Below, piece after piece: positions 10,013 through 18,433 of a DNA stretch of 53,268 nucleotides. The notes beneath the pieces were generated by a model. That model did not search any database. It was not told the DNA's origin and saw nothing but the letters and a program-made list of their open reading frames with translations. Made by a program: the position numbers and the translations under genes. The DNA lies in the sequence record OR327751.1. One strand, 5' to 3'. The stretch comes from Escherichia phage Ecp_YSF. Position 1 is the first letter of the stretch, and each line of letters begins with the position of its first letter.

Positions 10013-10040
10013 GGAGGCTATCTGGCCTCCTATCTTATTC
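10013..10040 (+). terminator. putative terminator hairpin
   Basis: GGAGGC-TATCTG-GCCTCC followed by TATCTTATTC. Confidence 0.5.
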
Positions 10041-10050
10041 GGAGTCGCTT

Positions 10051-10236
10051 ATGCGCACAATACAATGTCCTAACTGCCATTATGAAATTGCAGAAGATGA
10101 TTTCATAACGCAGCAATGTCCTATCTGTGATTCATACATGCCACTAAACCGCCTGTACTTAAAGGCCGATTCTGGTTTAGGCAGCATCATTCGCATCAAT
10201 CCCGTGCAAACTCAGCCATTAGTGGATTGTGATTAA
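10051..10236 (+). CDS. small zinc-ribbon protein (61 aa)
   Basis: CPNC...CPIC pair of CxxC knuckles. RBS GGAG at 10041-10044. Confidence 0.55.
   Translation: MRTIQCPNCHYEIAEDDFITQQCPICDSYMPLNRLYLKADSGLGSIIRINPVQTQPLVDCD
10211..10233 (+). promoter_or_regulatory. weak phage-promoter-like site ahead of the packaging genes
   Basis: ATTAGTGGATTGTGAT (10218-10233) matches the ATTAGTTGGATGTGAA core at 12 of 16 positions. Confidence 0.3.
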
Positions 10237-12274
10237 AAACAAAGAGAACGAATCAATGTCAAAGACTGATGACCTCGGACCGGAGTTTAATGATACAGTA
10301 GCCTCGTATCTTGCCAAGCACTACGGTGACGTATTAAAAGTCTCAAGAGAAAGATTCTGTATTCTATCTTTGCCATTGCTCCGTCGATATATTTCAGAAA
10401 ATACTGCAATAGTTGACAGCTATGAAGAACAAATTCAAGCAGAGTTAGAAGGCCAGGGTCTTGAAAACGATGCTGTATTGCGTTCCGTTTTCAGAGCACA
10501 ACTTGAGCGTCTTCGCTCTGGCGACAAGAAAGACTCGACTGCCTATGCAGATGAGTTGAAGAAAGGTATTCAAGCAGGTGTTACTGACCGTGTTGCAGGT
10601 TCCACATTAGAGGAGCCAAACTCGGAGCATGATAACACCGAGGAACTTGTAGACAAGATTCTGCATGACCCACATAACGTGGACCCAACTGTAATCCCTG
10701 CCAAGGTTGCAGAACGTGTTCGCAAAATCTTGATGAAAAGTTTCGAAGCCTTTGGTAAATGGCAGTTCCATATTCAGATGGGATTTCCATTTCAAGCACA
10801 AGACTTTCATGATGTAATATTCAGTGTTGGTCAGAAGGTTGTTGATGGTGAGATTGACCGCTTAATAGTGACCATTCCTCCACGACACTCTAAGACTCAG
10901 CTTATGAGTATTGCATTGCCCTTGTATTCATTTTGCCACAATGAATCGAGCCATAACATTATCACCTCGTATGCAGAAGACGTTGTTCTTGAATCGAGTG
11001 GTTACATCCGTGCTGTAATGATGGACCCACTGTTCCAACGAATATTCCCGAAGGTGAGAATCGACCCTAACAAACGTTCACTTGAACGCTGGGGTACAAC
11101 CAAAGCTGGAGTTATGCACGCAGTACCTACTGGTGGTAAGCTAACTGGTAAAGGTGCTGGACTTCTTGTTGCAAAATATTCCGGCTGTTTCGTGGTGGAT
11201 GACGTTATCAAGCCGAAAGATGCCTACTCTGACACAGTTCGAGCAGAAATCAACGACCGATTTGATAACACCTTTATGTCACGTCTTGCCAACGATGGTT
11301 GCATAACTGATTCGTACGGAAACCAAATTAAGTGTGCCCGTACACCAATGGTTATCATCATGCAGCGAGTTCATGACCAGGATTTAGTTGGTTACATACT
11401 CCGTGGTGGCTCTTCTGATAAATACCATTATCTCAATATCCCAGCGATTATTGAGAAAGGAGTTGGAAGTGCTGAGTGGTATGATAAGTTAATCAAGAAG
11501 CAGAACTACACTCATGCTATTCCCATTCTGTATAATTTGAACAGGAAGGAAGAGAAGTCTGCATTATGGCCTTCACGTAAGAGCTTAGAATCCCTGGAGG
11601 CAATGAAAGAGTCTAACCCATACACATACAATTCACAGTATGCTGGCGACCCATCTGCACAAGGCCACGGCCTTATCAAAGAAGATTGGTGGCAAGAGTA
11701 TGAGCCAGACGTTTTCGACAGAAGTCGCATAGTCAGAAGTTTTATTACAGCGGATACGGCATCAACTGCCAAATCCTATTCTGATTATTCGGTCCTTAAG
11801 CATTGGGGCGTGACTAAAGAGCGTGATGTTTATTGTTTAGATATTATGCTCGGTAAGTTTGAAACTCCAGAACTCAAGACTGCTATCATCGACTTCTGGA
11901 ACAAATGCAACAAGTTGGACTTGAAGTGTGTAGGCTGTATTCCTCGTGCATTGTACATGGAAGACAAGTCTGCCGGACAATTCTTGAACCAACAATTTAT
12001 CAGAGATGGGAGTGTCCGAGTTTTACCATTGCCTCGTGATGGGATTAATGGTAATGACAAGGTAACTCGATTCCTTAACGCAATCCCATATTTCTCACAA
12101 AAGAGAATATTCTTCCCTGCTGGTCATGAACACATCGACCACGTTAGACGTGAAATACTTGGATTCACTTCTTTGGGTAGTGGTACTGGACACGACGATT
12201 GTGTCGATAACGTTTCAGATATGGTTGCAATCGAATTCTCAGGCCCAAGTGCCAACTACTCCGCATGGATGTAA
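10229..12274 (+). CDS. terminase large subunit
   Basis: Walker A-like IPPRHSKTQ and Walker B-like CFVVDDVIKP, with a nuclease half. About 190 aa of N-terminal extension. The true start may be ATG 10256. Confidence 0.85.
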   Translation: MIKNKENESMSKTDDLGPEFNDTVASYLAKHYGDVLKVSRERFCILSLPLLRRYISENTAIVDSYEEQIQAELEGQGLENDAVLRSVFRAQLERLRSGDKKDSTAYADELKKGIQAGVTDRVAGSTLEEPNSEHDNTEELVDKILHDPHNVDPTVIPAKVAERVRKILMKSFEAFGKWQFHIQMGFPFQAQDFHDVIFSVGQKVVDGEIDRLIVTIPPRHSKTQLMSIALPLYSFCHNESSHNIITSYAEDVVLESSGYIRAVMMDPLFQRIFPKVRIDPNKRSLERWGTTKAGVMHAVPTGGKLTGKGAGLLVAKYSGCFVVDDVIKPKDAYSDTVRAEINDRFDNTFMSRLANDGCITDSYGNQIKCARTPMVIIMQRVHDQDLVGYILRGGSSDKYHYLNIPAIIEKGVGSAEWYDKLIKKQNYTHAIPILYNLNRKEEKSALWPSRKSLESLEAMKESNPYTYNSQYAGDPSAQGHGLIKEDWWQEYEPDVFDRSRIVRSFITADTASTAKSYSDYSVLKHWGVTKERDVYCLDIMLGKFETPELKTAIIDFWNKCNKLDLKCVGCIPRALYMEDKSAGQFLNQQFIRDGSVRVLPLPRDGINGNDKVTRFLNAIPYFSQKRIFFPAGHEHIDHVRREILGFTSLGSGTGHDDCVDNVSDMVAIEFSGPSANYSAWM

Positions 12275-12489
12275 ATATGGCGGTTATCACTCGTTTAGAT
12301 GCCCGCTCACGCAAGAACAACTCCTTCCAGATTCAAGATTTGGAAGGAAACATTTTATGTGTGATTGAGGCAGTTTCTACCACAGAGAGCGACTGTGTTA
12401 AGTTAAAGCACGAGTCAAATCTGCGACTCCACACCTCCGACAACATTCAAATTGTTAAGGGTAATGGAACTATTCTAAGGAAGAAATAA
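12265..12489 (+). CDS. hypothetical protein (74 aa)
   Basis: Small ORF between the terminase and portal genes. ATG 12277 is an alternative start. Confidence 0.45.
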   Translation: MDVNMAVITRLDARSRKNNSFQIQDLEGNILCVIEAVSTTESDCVKLKHESNLRLHTSDNIQIVKGNGTILRKK

Positions 12490-13805
12490 TGACTTCCAAG
12501 AAGAAAAACAATCTTTCTGTTAAAGTTGCAGATGGGTTAGAAAACCTCGTAACAGGGTTGGGCGGTCAGGCAGATAAGTCCACTTTTAACCAGTGGACTT
12601 TCTCAAACAAGAACGCGAACTATCGCGAACTTATGAACCGCTTCCGTGAGGACTGGGTTGCACAGAAAGTGTGTACCGTCATTCCTCAGGACATGACGCG
12701 TAAGTGGCGACATATTGATACCGAAGAAGGACGCAAAGCGGATAAGAAACTTCGTATCCGTAAGCTGTTCCGTGAAGCATATCAATGGGCCAGATTGTAT
12801 GGTACTTCATTTGTTCTGCTCGACCTGAAAGGTACGGGCAAACTTGATACACCATTGCGACTGGATAACTTGAAGACTGGATGTATTAAATCCATGAGAG
12901 TTATTGACCGCTCGCGCTTATTTGCCGCAGGGACTATGGTTCTGGACCCTATGAGTCCTCACTATGGTTTGCCAGAGTATTACACTTTGGCTGGATATCC
13001 CGGCTATATCCACTACACTCGTTTTCTTCGGTTCGAGGGTACTGAACTGCCGCTGTTCGAATTCCAACGTAACATGTGGTATTCCGATTCGGTACTTATT
13101 CCACTGCTGAAAACGATTGACCAATTCTACACAACTGCCGCTGCTGCTGCCAGCCTTGCCCAAGAAGCCACCATTGATGTGGTAACTGTTGAAGGCTTAC
13201 AATCTCTGCTTACATCACCGGAAGGTGAAGCTGCTGTGATGAAGCGCTTCAAACTTATGAAGCTGGCAAAGAGTATTTATAACGTCTTAATTCTCGACAA
13301 CACTGAGAAGTATGACACCAAGTCAATTGCACTATCTGGTGTGAAAGATTTGATTTGGGAATACTTAAAGATAGTTGCTGCCGCAGTTGGTATTCCGGCT
13401 ACACGTTTCCTTTCTGCATCTCCAGACGGTATGAACGCTACGGGCGAATCTGACCTCGTAAACTATATCGACTTGTTGACAGGCTTGCAGACTTCTGTGT
13501 TCGACCCTCGTTTAGATGTGGTAGACAAGATTGTCCAGGCGCACTTTGGCATCGAAGAATATGACTACGAATGGTTAGATATCTTCCCTGAATCCAATGT
13601 TGAGAAAGCGAAGCGAGCTAAAGATTTGGCATTCGCTGTTGACCTGCTGGTTAACAATGGCACTATAACTACCGAAGTTGCAAACGAAGTCATGTTCCAT
13701 TCGGGCGTGTTCGGAACTTGTGACCTTGGCAAGCCAAATCCTAATCCTCCTAACATCCAAAAGGGTAACGCAAGTGAAGCAAAACCAAAACCTGGTTCAG
13801 CTTAA
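12489..13805 (+). CDS. portal protein
   Basis: 438 aa directly after the large terminase. The pattern resembles the DUF1073-type portal family (from memory). Confidence 0.75.
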   Translation: MTSKKKNNLSVKVADGLENLVTGLGGQADKSTFNQWTFSNKNANYRELMNRFREDWVAQKVCTVIPQDMTRKWRHIDTEEGRKADKKLRIRKLFREAYQWARLYGTSFVLLDLKGTGKLDTPLRLDNLKTGCIKSMRVIDRSRLFAAGTMVLDPMSPHYGLPEYYTLAGYPGYIHYTRFLRFEGTELPLFEFQRNMWYSDSVLIPLLKTIDQFYTTAAAAASLAQEATIDVVTVEGLQSLLTSPEGEAAVMKRFKLMKLAKSIYNVLILDNTEKYDTKSIALSGVKDLIWEYLKIVAAAVGIPATRFLSASPDGMNATGESDLVNYIDLLTGLQTSVFDPRLDVVDKIVQAHFGIEEYDYEWLDIFPESNVEKAKRAKDLAFAVDLLVNNGTITTEVANEVMFHSGVFGTCDLGKPNPNPPNIQKGNASEAKPKPGSA

Positions 13806-13818
13806 CGACGAAGATACC

Positions 13819-14838
13819 GTGAATGAAGTAGTTTTGTTGAACGACAAGGCTACTTTGACGACCCGTCGTTTACGTGACTCTGGCGAGATGATTGCAGAAT
13901 GCACCATCGCTCGTACTGGCATTATGCTGTACAAGGCGAAAGAACTTGGTGAAATCGCAAAACATCTAGACCCAGAATCTATTTGCCGTGTTCGTACCAA
14001 GCCGGAAGTATTATTTGACGAAGCAACCATCGAAGGCTGTCGTTCAATTCCGGTAACTATCGGCCATCCGAAAAATGATGTTAACATCAAGAACAACAAA
14101 GAACTCCAGAAAGGGTTCATCGAAGGGCGTCCAGTTGCAGACGGTTCTTTCTTGGCTGCATCAATCGTTTTGAATGACGAGCAAGCTATTCGATTAGTTG
14201 ATTCTGGTGTTGACCAAATCTCCTTGGGCCATAATGCCGAACTGGCTGTATCAGAAGATGATGAAGCCGACTTCGATAAAGTTCGCATTATCCCTAACCA
14301 TGCTGCAATTGTTGTTCGTGGTCGTGCTCAGACTACTCGCATTGGTGACTCTGGTGAAGAGATTGCCATTGTTGATAAGGCAACCTTTGACGTTGTTGAA
14401 GCAGAGCGTGATGCAGCGCTTGACAAGATTAGCGTCCTTGAACAGAAACTTGCTGATGCAGAAACTGCACGACTATCCGATGAAGCTATCCAGGCTGAGG
14501 TAGACAAACGTGTAGTTGCTCGTACAGCATTGCTTGTTGATGTGGCCCGTCTTGGCGACGAGTTCTCCAACCTCGATTTCTCCGGCAAGACCGATGCGGA
14601 AATTAAGTTGGCTGTAGTTAATAAATTGCATGACAAGGATTTCAGCGATAAGAGCGAAGACTATATCTCCGCCCGTTTCGATGCAGCTCTTGAAGATTGC
14701 GATTCCATTACTTTGGGAGATGCCCTGAATCAGTCTATGCAATTCTCTGCTAAGAAAGATTCAGAAGCTCGTAAACCTAAAGTTTCTATTTCCGAAGAAG
14801 CTAACAAACGTCGTTTAGAACGCTTCAACTCTTTATAA
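13819..14838 (+). CDS. head scaffolding protein (DUF2213-like)
   Basis: Lies between the portal and capsid genes. Coiled-coil, acidic C-terminal half. Start uncertain: GTG 13819, ATG 13888, or the ORF-track start 13678 that overlaps the portal gene. Confidence 0.5.
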   Translation: MNEVVLLNDKATLTTRRLRDSGEMIAECTIARTGIMLYKAKELGEIAKHLDPESICRVRTKPEVLFDEATIEGCRSIPVTIGHPKNDVNIKNNKELQKGFIEGRPVADGSFLAASIVLNDEQAIRLVDSGVDQISLGHNAELAVSEDDEADFDKVRIIPNHAAIVVRGRAQTTRIGDSGEEIAIVDKATFDVVEAERDAALDKISVLEQKLADAETARLSDEAIQAEVDKRVVARTALLVDVARLGDEFSNLDFSGKTDAEIKLAVVNKLHDKDFSDKSEDYISARFDAALEDCDSITLGDALNQSMQFSAKKDSEARKPKVSISEEANKRRLERFNSL

Positions 14839-14847
14839 GGTAAGACA

Positions 14848-15321
14848 ATGCCAAAGCAAGATTGGTCTATTAATACTGGTGAAGCATATGCAGGTGAACA
14901 ATATGGCCTGGCTACCACCAACTCCCAGCGCCTGACCTACGTTGCCGAAGAAGAAATGGCAAACTTTGGTCTGGCTGTTGTTCAAGGTACAGCTTCTAAT
15001 CAGGTTAAACCTGGTATTGGTTCTGATGGCACTGTTCTGGGCATTACCATGCGCCAGATTAATATCGAATCCGCTACTCGTCCTGGTGACGGTACTGTTG
15101 CAATCAAAGTTGGCTGGCCTCTGGGTGTTATGCTGTCTGGCCCAATCATGGTCAAACTGAAAACTGCAATCACCGACAAGAACATTGGCGTATCCACTAA
15201 AGGCGAATTTGGCGGTGTTGGTGCTGGGTATACTAAAGCAACCAACCTGACTGCCCTGCGTTATCCGGCTTCCGCTGGCGATGTTGTCCCGGTCATGATT
15301 AACGTAGTCCCAAAGCCGTAA
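14848..15321 (+). CDS. capsid accessory / putative head decoration protein, short isoform (157 aa)
   Basis: RBS AAGG lies upstream. Highly biased codon usage. Positioned between the scaffold and major capsid genes. Confidence 0.6.
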   Translation: MPKQDWSINTGEAYAGEQYGLATTNSQRLTYVAEEEMANFGLAVVQGTASNQVKPGIGSDGTVLGITMRQINIESATRPGDGTVAIKVGWPLGVMLSGPIMVKLKTAITDKNIGVSTKGEFGGVGAGYTKATNLTALRYPASAGDVVPVMINVVPKP

Positions 15322-15614
15322 CGCCACCTCCAGCCCCTACAGTATCTGCTGTAGCTGGAGTTGTAACGGCTGATGCGTCTTCTACTGATGCCACTGTAAC
15401 TGTAGACAAGCTGTTCAAGTTTGGGAACTCTACAGCAACAGATTATAACTTCGCTGTTACACCTCCTGTGACTGGTGTTTCTGTGGCGGCAAACGGCACT
15501 GTGACTGTCTTGAATGAGACGACCACAGAGACTTCTGCTACAATTAAGGCAACAAACAAAACAACCTCTAGCGTAACTGCGACCAAAGAAATTACCATTA
15601 CGCCGAAGGCTTAA
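14848..15614 (+). CDS. same protein, long isoform made by a -1 frameshift at C CCA AAG (15309-15315), adding a 99-aa Ig-like domain (about 255 aa)
   Basis: The -1 frame is open 15303-15611 and has no start codon. Canonical X XXY YYZ heptamer sits 4 nt before the stop. Hairpin at 15328-15360. The extension shows an Ig-like beta-strand pattern. Confidence 0.55.
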
Positions 15615-15669
15615 GTTGCAATGGCGCAATTAATGGTTGCGCCTCATCAAACAAAACGGATTAATTTAC

Positions 15670-16677
15670 ATGCCTAAGATGATTAAACTGGCGGACGGTT
15701 CTGAATTTGAACTGAACGACGCTATCACCCGTATTCAGGATTCTGGCACTGTTGTCCTGAATGACGACGATGCAGTATTCTTTCAACGCCAGCTTGAGTT
15801 CATTGAAGCTCAAACTTACGACACTCTGTATCCAGAACTGGAAGCTCGTGCTGCTTTCGGTGTGGACACCACTGGTGGCGCTGGCGTAAACACTCTGACC
15901 TACCGTTCCTACAACCATGTTGGCAAAGCCCAGGTAATTAACGCCCGTGCAACCGACCTGCCGAAGTCCAGCATTTCTGGTAAAGAATACAGCATCCCTG
16001 TTAAATCAGTTGGTACTGCATTCGACTACGATATTGACGAAGTAGCGTCTGCTGCTGTTACTGGCCTCCCGCTGGAAACTCGTAAAGCGAATGCTGCTAT
16101 TCGTGGTTACGAGCAGTATGTTAACTCTGCTGCATGGTACGGCGATAAAGCTAACGGCTTTGTTGGCTTCTTCGAAAACCCAGACATTACCAAAGCAACT
16201 GTTGCTCAGGGTGCTGGTGGTTCTACCAAGTGGGCCGAGAAGACCCCGACCGAAGTTATTGCCGACCTGACTGCTGCTGTGTCTGCAATGTATGCTTCTA
16301 CTCTGAAAATTATGCGCCCGGATGAAATCTGGATGCCTGTTGAGCATGAGCAGTACATCTTCAACACTGCACGTTCTGAACAGTCTGATAAGACGATTGG
16401 TCAGTTCTTCATTGACAACAACCAGTTCATCAACTCCCGCGATAAAATCAAGGGTCTGAACGCAATCAAAGGTCACGGCGATTCTGGCTCCGATTGCTTC
16501 GTTGTTGTTTGCCGCAATGCAATGGGCAACCGTACTTTCCGTCTGCGTGAGCCTCTGCCACTGACCTGGCAACCGGTACAGCTTCATGGTCTGGTTTATG
16601 AAGTTCCTGGCCGTGGTCGTTTCGCTGGCTTCCAAGCGATGTACCCGGCAGCAATCTCCATCAACTCCGGCATCTGA
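15670..16677 (+). CDS. major capsid protein
   Basis: About 335 aa with very strong codon bias, in the expected position. The ORF-track start TTG 15637 lies inside the hairpin GGCGCAA/TTGCGCC (15623-15643), so ATG 15670 is preferred. Confidence 0.8.
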   Translation: MPKMIKLADGSEFELNDAITRIQDSGTVVLNDDDAVFFQRQLEFIEAQTYDTLYPELEARAAFGVDTTGGAGVNTLTYRSYNHVGKAQVINARATDLPKSSISGKEYSIPVKSVGTAFDYDIDEVASAAVTGLPLETRKANAAIRGYEQYVNSAAWYGDKANGFVGFFENPDITKATVAQGAGGSTKWAEKTPTEVIADLTAAVSAMYASTLKIMRPDEIWMPVEHEQYIFNTARSEQSDKTIGQFFIDNNQFINSRDKIKGLNAIKGHGDSGSDCFVVVCRNAMGNRTFRLREPLPLTWQPVQLHGLVYEVPGRGRFAGFQAMYPAAISINSGI

Positions 16678-16683
16678 TAAATA

Positions 16684-16703
16684 GGGCGGGACTGTTCTCG
16701 CCC
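16684..16703 (+). terminator. stable hairpin after the capsid gene (partial terminator or RNA stabiliser)
   Basis: GGGCGGGA-CTGT-TCTCGCCC: 8 bp with one G-U pair. No clear U-tract. Confidence 0.4.
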
Positions 16704-16723
16704 ATAACTTAAGAGAAATAGTA

Positions 16724-17164
16724 ATGCAGATTAAGAACAACGAATCACGCAACCTTCAATTCTTCTTCTATAAGAAGGGAAAGTCTGGCAAATCTGAACT
16801 GGACTTTGTTCACATTCCTGGTGGCGCAACTGTAGAAATCGATGACGAAATCTACAAATCTCTTACGGCATCTCTGACGGAAGTTGAAGAACTGCGCGAA
16901 GAAGTGGTTCCGCTTGATGACGAGAATATCGGTGCTTCTGTTAAGACTGGTAAAGAAGCTCTTGTCATTAAAGAGTATTACAGCACTGGCAAAACTCGCA
17001 AAGTCAACCTGGTTAAAGAAGCAATCAAAGCTGGTTCTCTTACCATTGTTGAACGTGTGAAAGTTGGTATGCCTGACATTGATGCTATTCTGACTAAGAA
17101 TGGTATTGATATTAAGGGTATGCCGGAAGACGTTAAACTGGCACTCTACGATAAGTTGGCGTAA
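16724..17164 (+). CDS. hypothetical head-associated protein (146 aa)
   Basis: ORF within the structural module. No motif. Confidence 0.5.
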   Translation: MQIKNNESRNLQFFFYKKGKSGKSELDFVHIPGGATVEIDDEIYKSLTASLTEVEELREEVVPLDDENIGASVKTGKEALVIKEYYSTGKTRKVNLVKEAIKAGSLTIVERVKVGMPDIDAILTKNGIDIKGMPEDVKLALYDKLA

Positions 17165-17554
17165 ATGATAACACTAACCGATTTGGTGAAACGTTATCCG
17201 GCTATGGCTGACATGACCCAAGCACGTTTTGACATTTTAATTGAAGATGCAAAACTTGTGATGGGAACAATCGAATCGCGTTGGTGTGGGTTTTATGACC
17301 CAGCTATGGCATCACTTGTCGCGCACTGGTCTTCAACAATTGATGACTTAATGCCCGGTGATGCCGCAATGCCAGCTATGCCTGTAAGTCGTACTGATGT
17401 AGACGATGTTCAGGTAGAGTTCAGCGACCGAATCATTTCGACTATCCCATATATCGAAGCTGATTTCATGTCAACCGTGTACGGTCAACGTTATTTACAA
17501 TGGCGGCGCATGGCATTTGCTGGGCCGAGGGTAAGCCCTGGGTCACAGTTTTGA
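17165..17554 (+). CDS. putative head-tail adaptor/completion protein
   Basis: Assigned by position. The N-terminal pattern resembles DUF4054-type connector proteins (from memory). Confidence 0.4.
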   Translation: MITLTDLVKRYPAMADMTQARFDILIEDAKLVMGTIESRWCGFYDPAMASLVAHWSSTIDDLMPGDAAMPAMPVSRTDVDDVQVEFSDRIISTIPYIEADFMSTVYGQRYLQWRRMAFAGPRVSPGSQF

Positions 17555-17916
17555 TTAATCAACGCCTAGCTTTCAACAGGTACACAACCACGGGTCGTCC
17601 TACTCTTGCAGTATATGTAGAGGGTCACTACGACAATCTTAATAATTGGGTGGAAGATTCTTGGGAACCTCCAAAGAAATTCCGCTGTACTCCTATCGCA
17701 TATGGGGACAGGGATTCGGGCGTAGCTGGACAACAGCTTAAAGCAACGGATGTTGGCGAGCGTCAACCAGCATTCATGAAGATTCATAGTCGTACTGAGA
17801 TGCCGATGAAATCAATCATCACTGTTTATGGCATTCAGTATAAAGTTATAGCAATAAACGATTATGAAGATGCCGGATTCTTCTCTGTAATTGCTGCCCG
17901 CGTACTGGAGAAGTGA
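17551..17916 (+). CDS. putative head-tail joining protein
   Basis: TTG 17551 overlaps the upstream TGA (TTGA coupling). The ORF-track alternative, ATG 17500, would overlap by 55 nt. Confidence 0.4.
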   Translation: MINQRLAFNRYTTTGRPTLAVYVEGHYDNLNNWVEDSWEPPKKFRCTPIAYGDRDSGVAGQQLKATDVGERQPAFMKIHSRTEMPMKSIITVYGIQYKVIAINDYEDAGFFSVIAARVLEK

Positions 17917-18431
17917 TGGATATTCGACTCGAAGAACTACAATCCATGAAGGAGATTGTAGATGTGTGTGTAGGTATTCCGAAGTTTACCTACAACATGC
18001 AAATTAATGCTCCCAGACCTCATGGCGAGTATGCCGCAATCAAATGTCTATCAAGCACCAATCCGGGCTTTGACGAAAACAGAATAGTAACCATTAACGG
18101 TGAAGAGATGTTTCGTACCCGTGGCGTGCGCATCCTGACGTTTGCAATAATGTTTTCTCGTGAGGGTGATGAATTTATCAAGTTTGATAATTCGTTTTAC
18201 CGTCCCGATGTTCAAGCCAAATTGAAGCAGGAGAAGTTTGCTGCTCTTGGTAAAGAACCTTTAAATCTTGCCACCATACAAATGGAAACCAATTGGGAAG
18301 TTCGCCAAGCGGTTAAAATGCAATTCAATATTATACGTGAAGATTTGAGTCCTATTGGGGTCATGTCTGGCGCATATGTTGGTGGCAACTTCTATGATGG
18401 TAATTCACTCATCACAACCAAAAAGGTTTAA
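17913..18431 (+). CDS. putative tail completion/neck protein
   Basis: ATGA-type overlap with the upstream gene. Lies immediately upstream of the sheath gene. Confidence 0.4.
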   Translation: MMDIRLEELQSMKEIVDVCVGIPKFTYNMQINAPRPHGEYAAIKCLSSTNPGFDENRIVTINGEEMFRTRGVRILTFAIMFSREGDEFIKFDNSFYRPDVQAKLKQEKFAALGKEPLNLATIQMETNWEVRQAVKMQFNIIREDLSPIGVMSGAYVGGNFYDGNSLITTKKV

Positions 18432-18433
18432 TA

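Noticed and set aside
15637-15669. TTG 15637 as the major capsid start (the ORF-track start).
   Set aside because: The TTG lies within the 3' arm of the hairpin GGCGCAA/TTGCGCC (15623-15643). ATG 15670 is more plausible, although the RBS is weak either way.
16006-16752. 248-aa ORF on the - strand. Similar long - strand ORFs occur at 4323-5000, 19769-20383, 33647-34420, 14833-15327 and 8488-9021.
   Set aside because: All lie antisense to well-supported + strand genes (capsid, polymerase, sheath/tube, fibre/Tfa). They have low-complexity or random-looking composition and no RBS. Every supported gene is on the + strand, so these are shadow ORFs.
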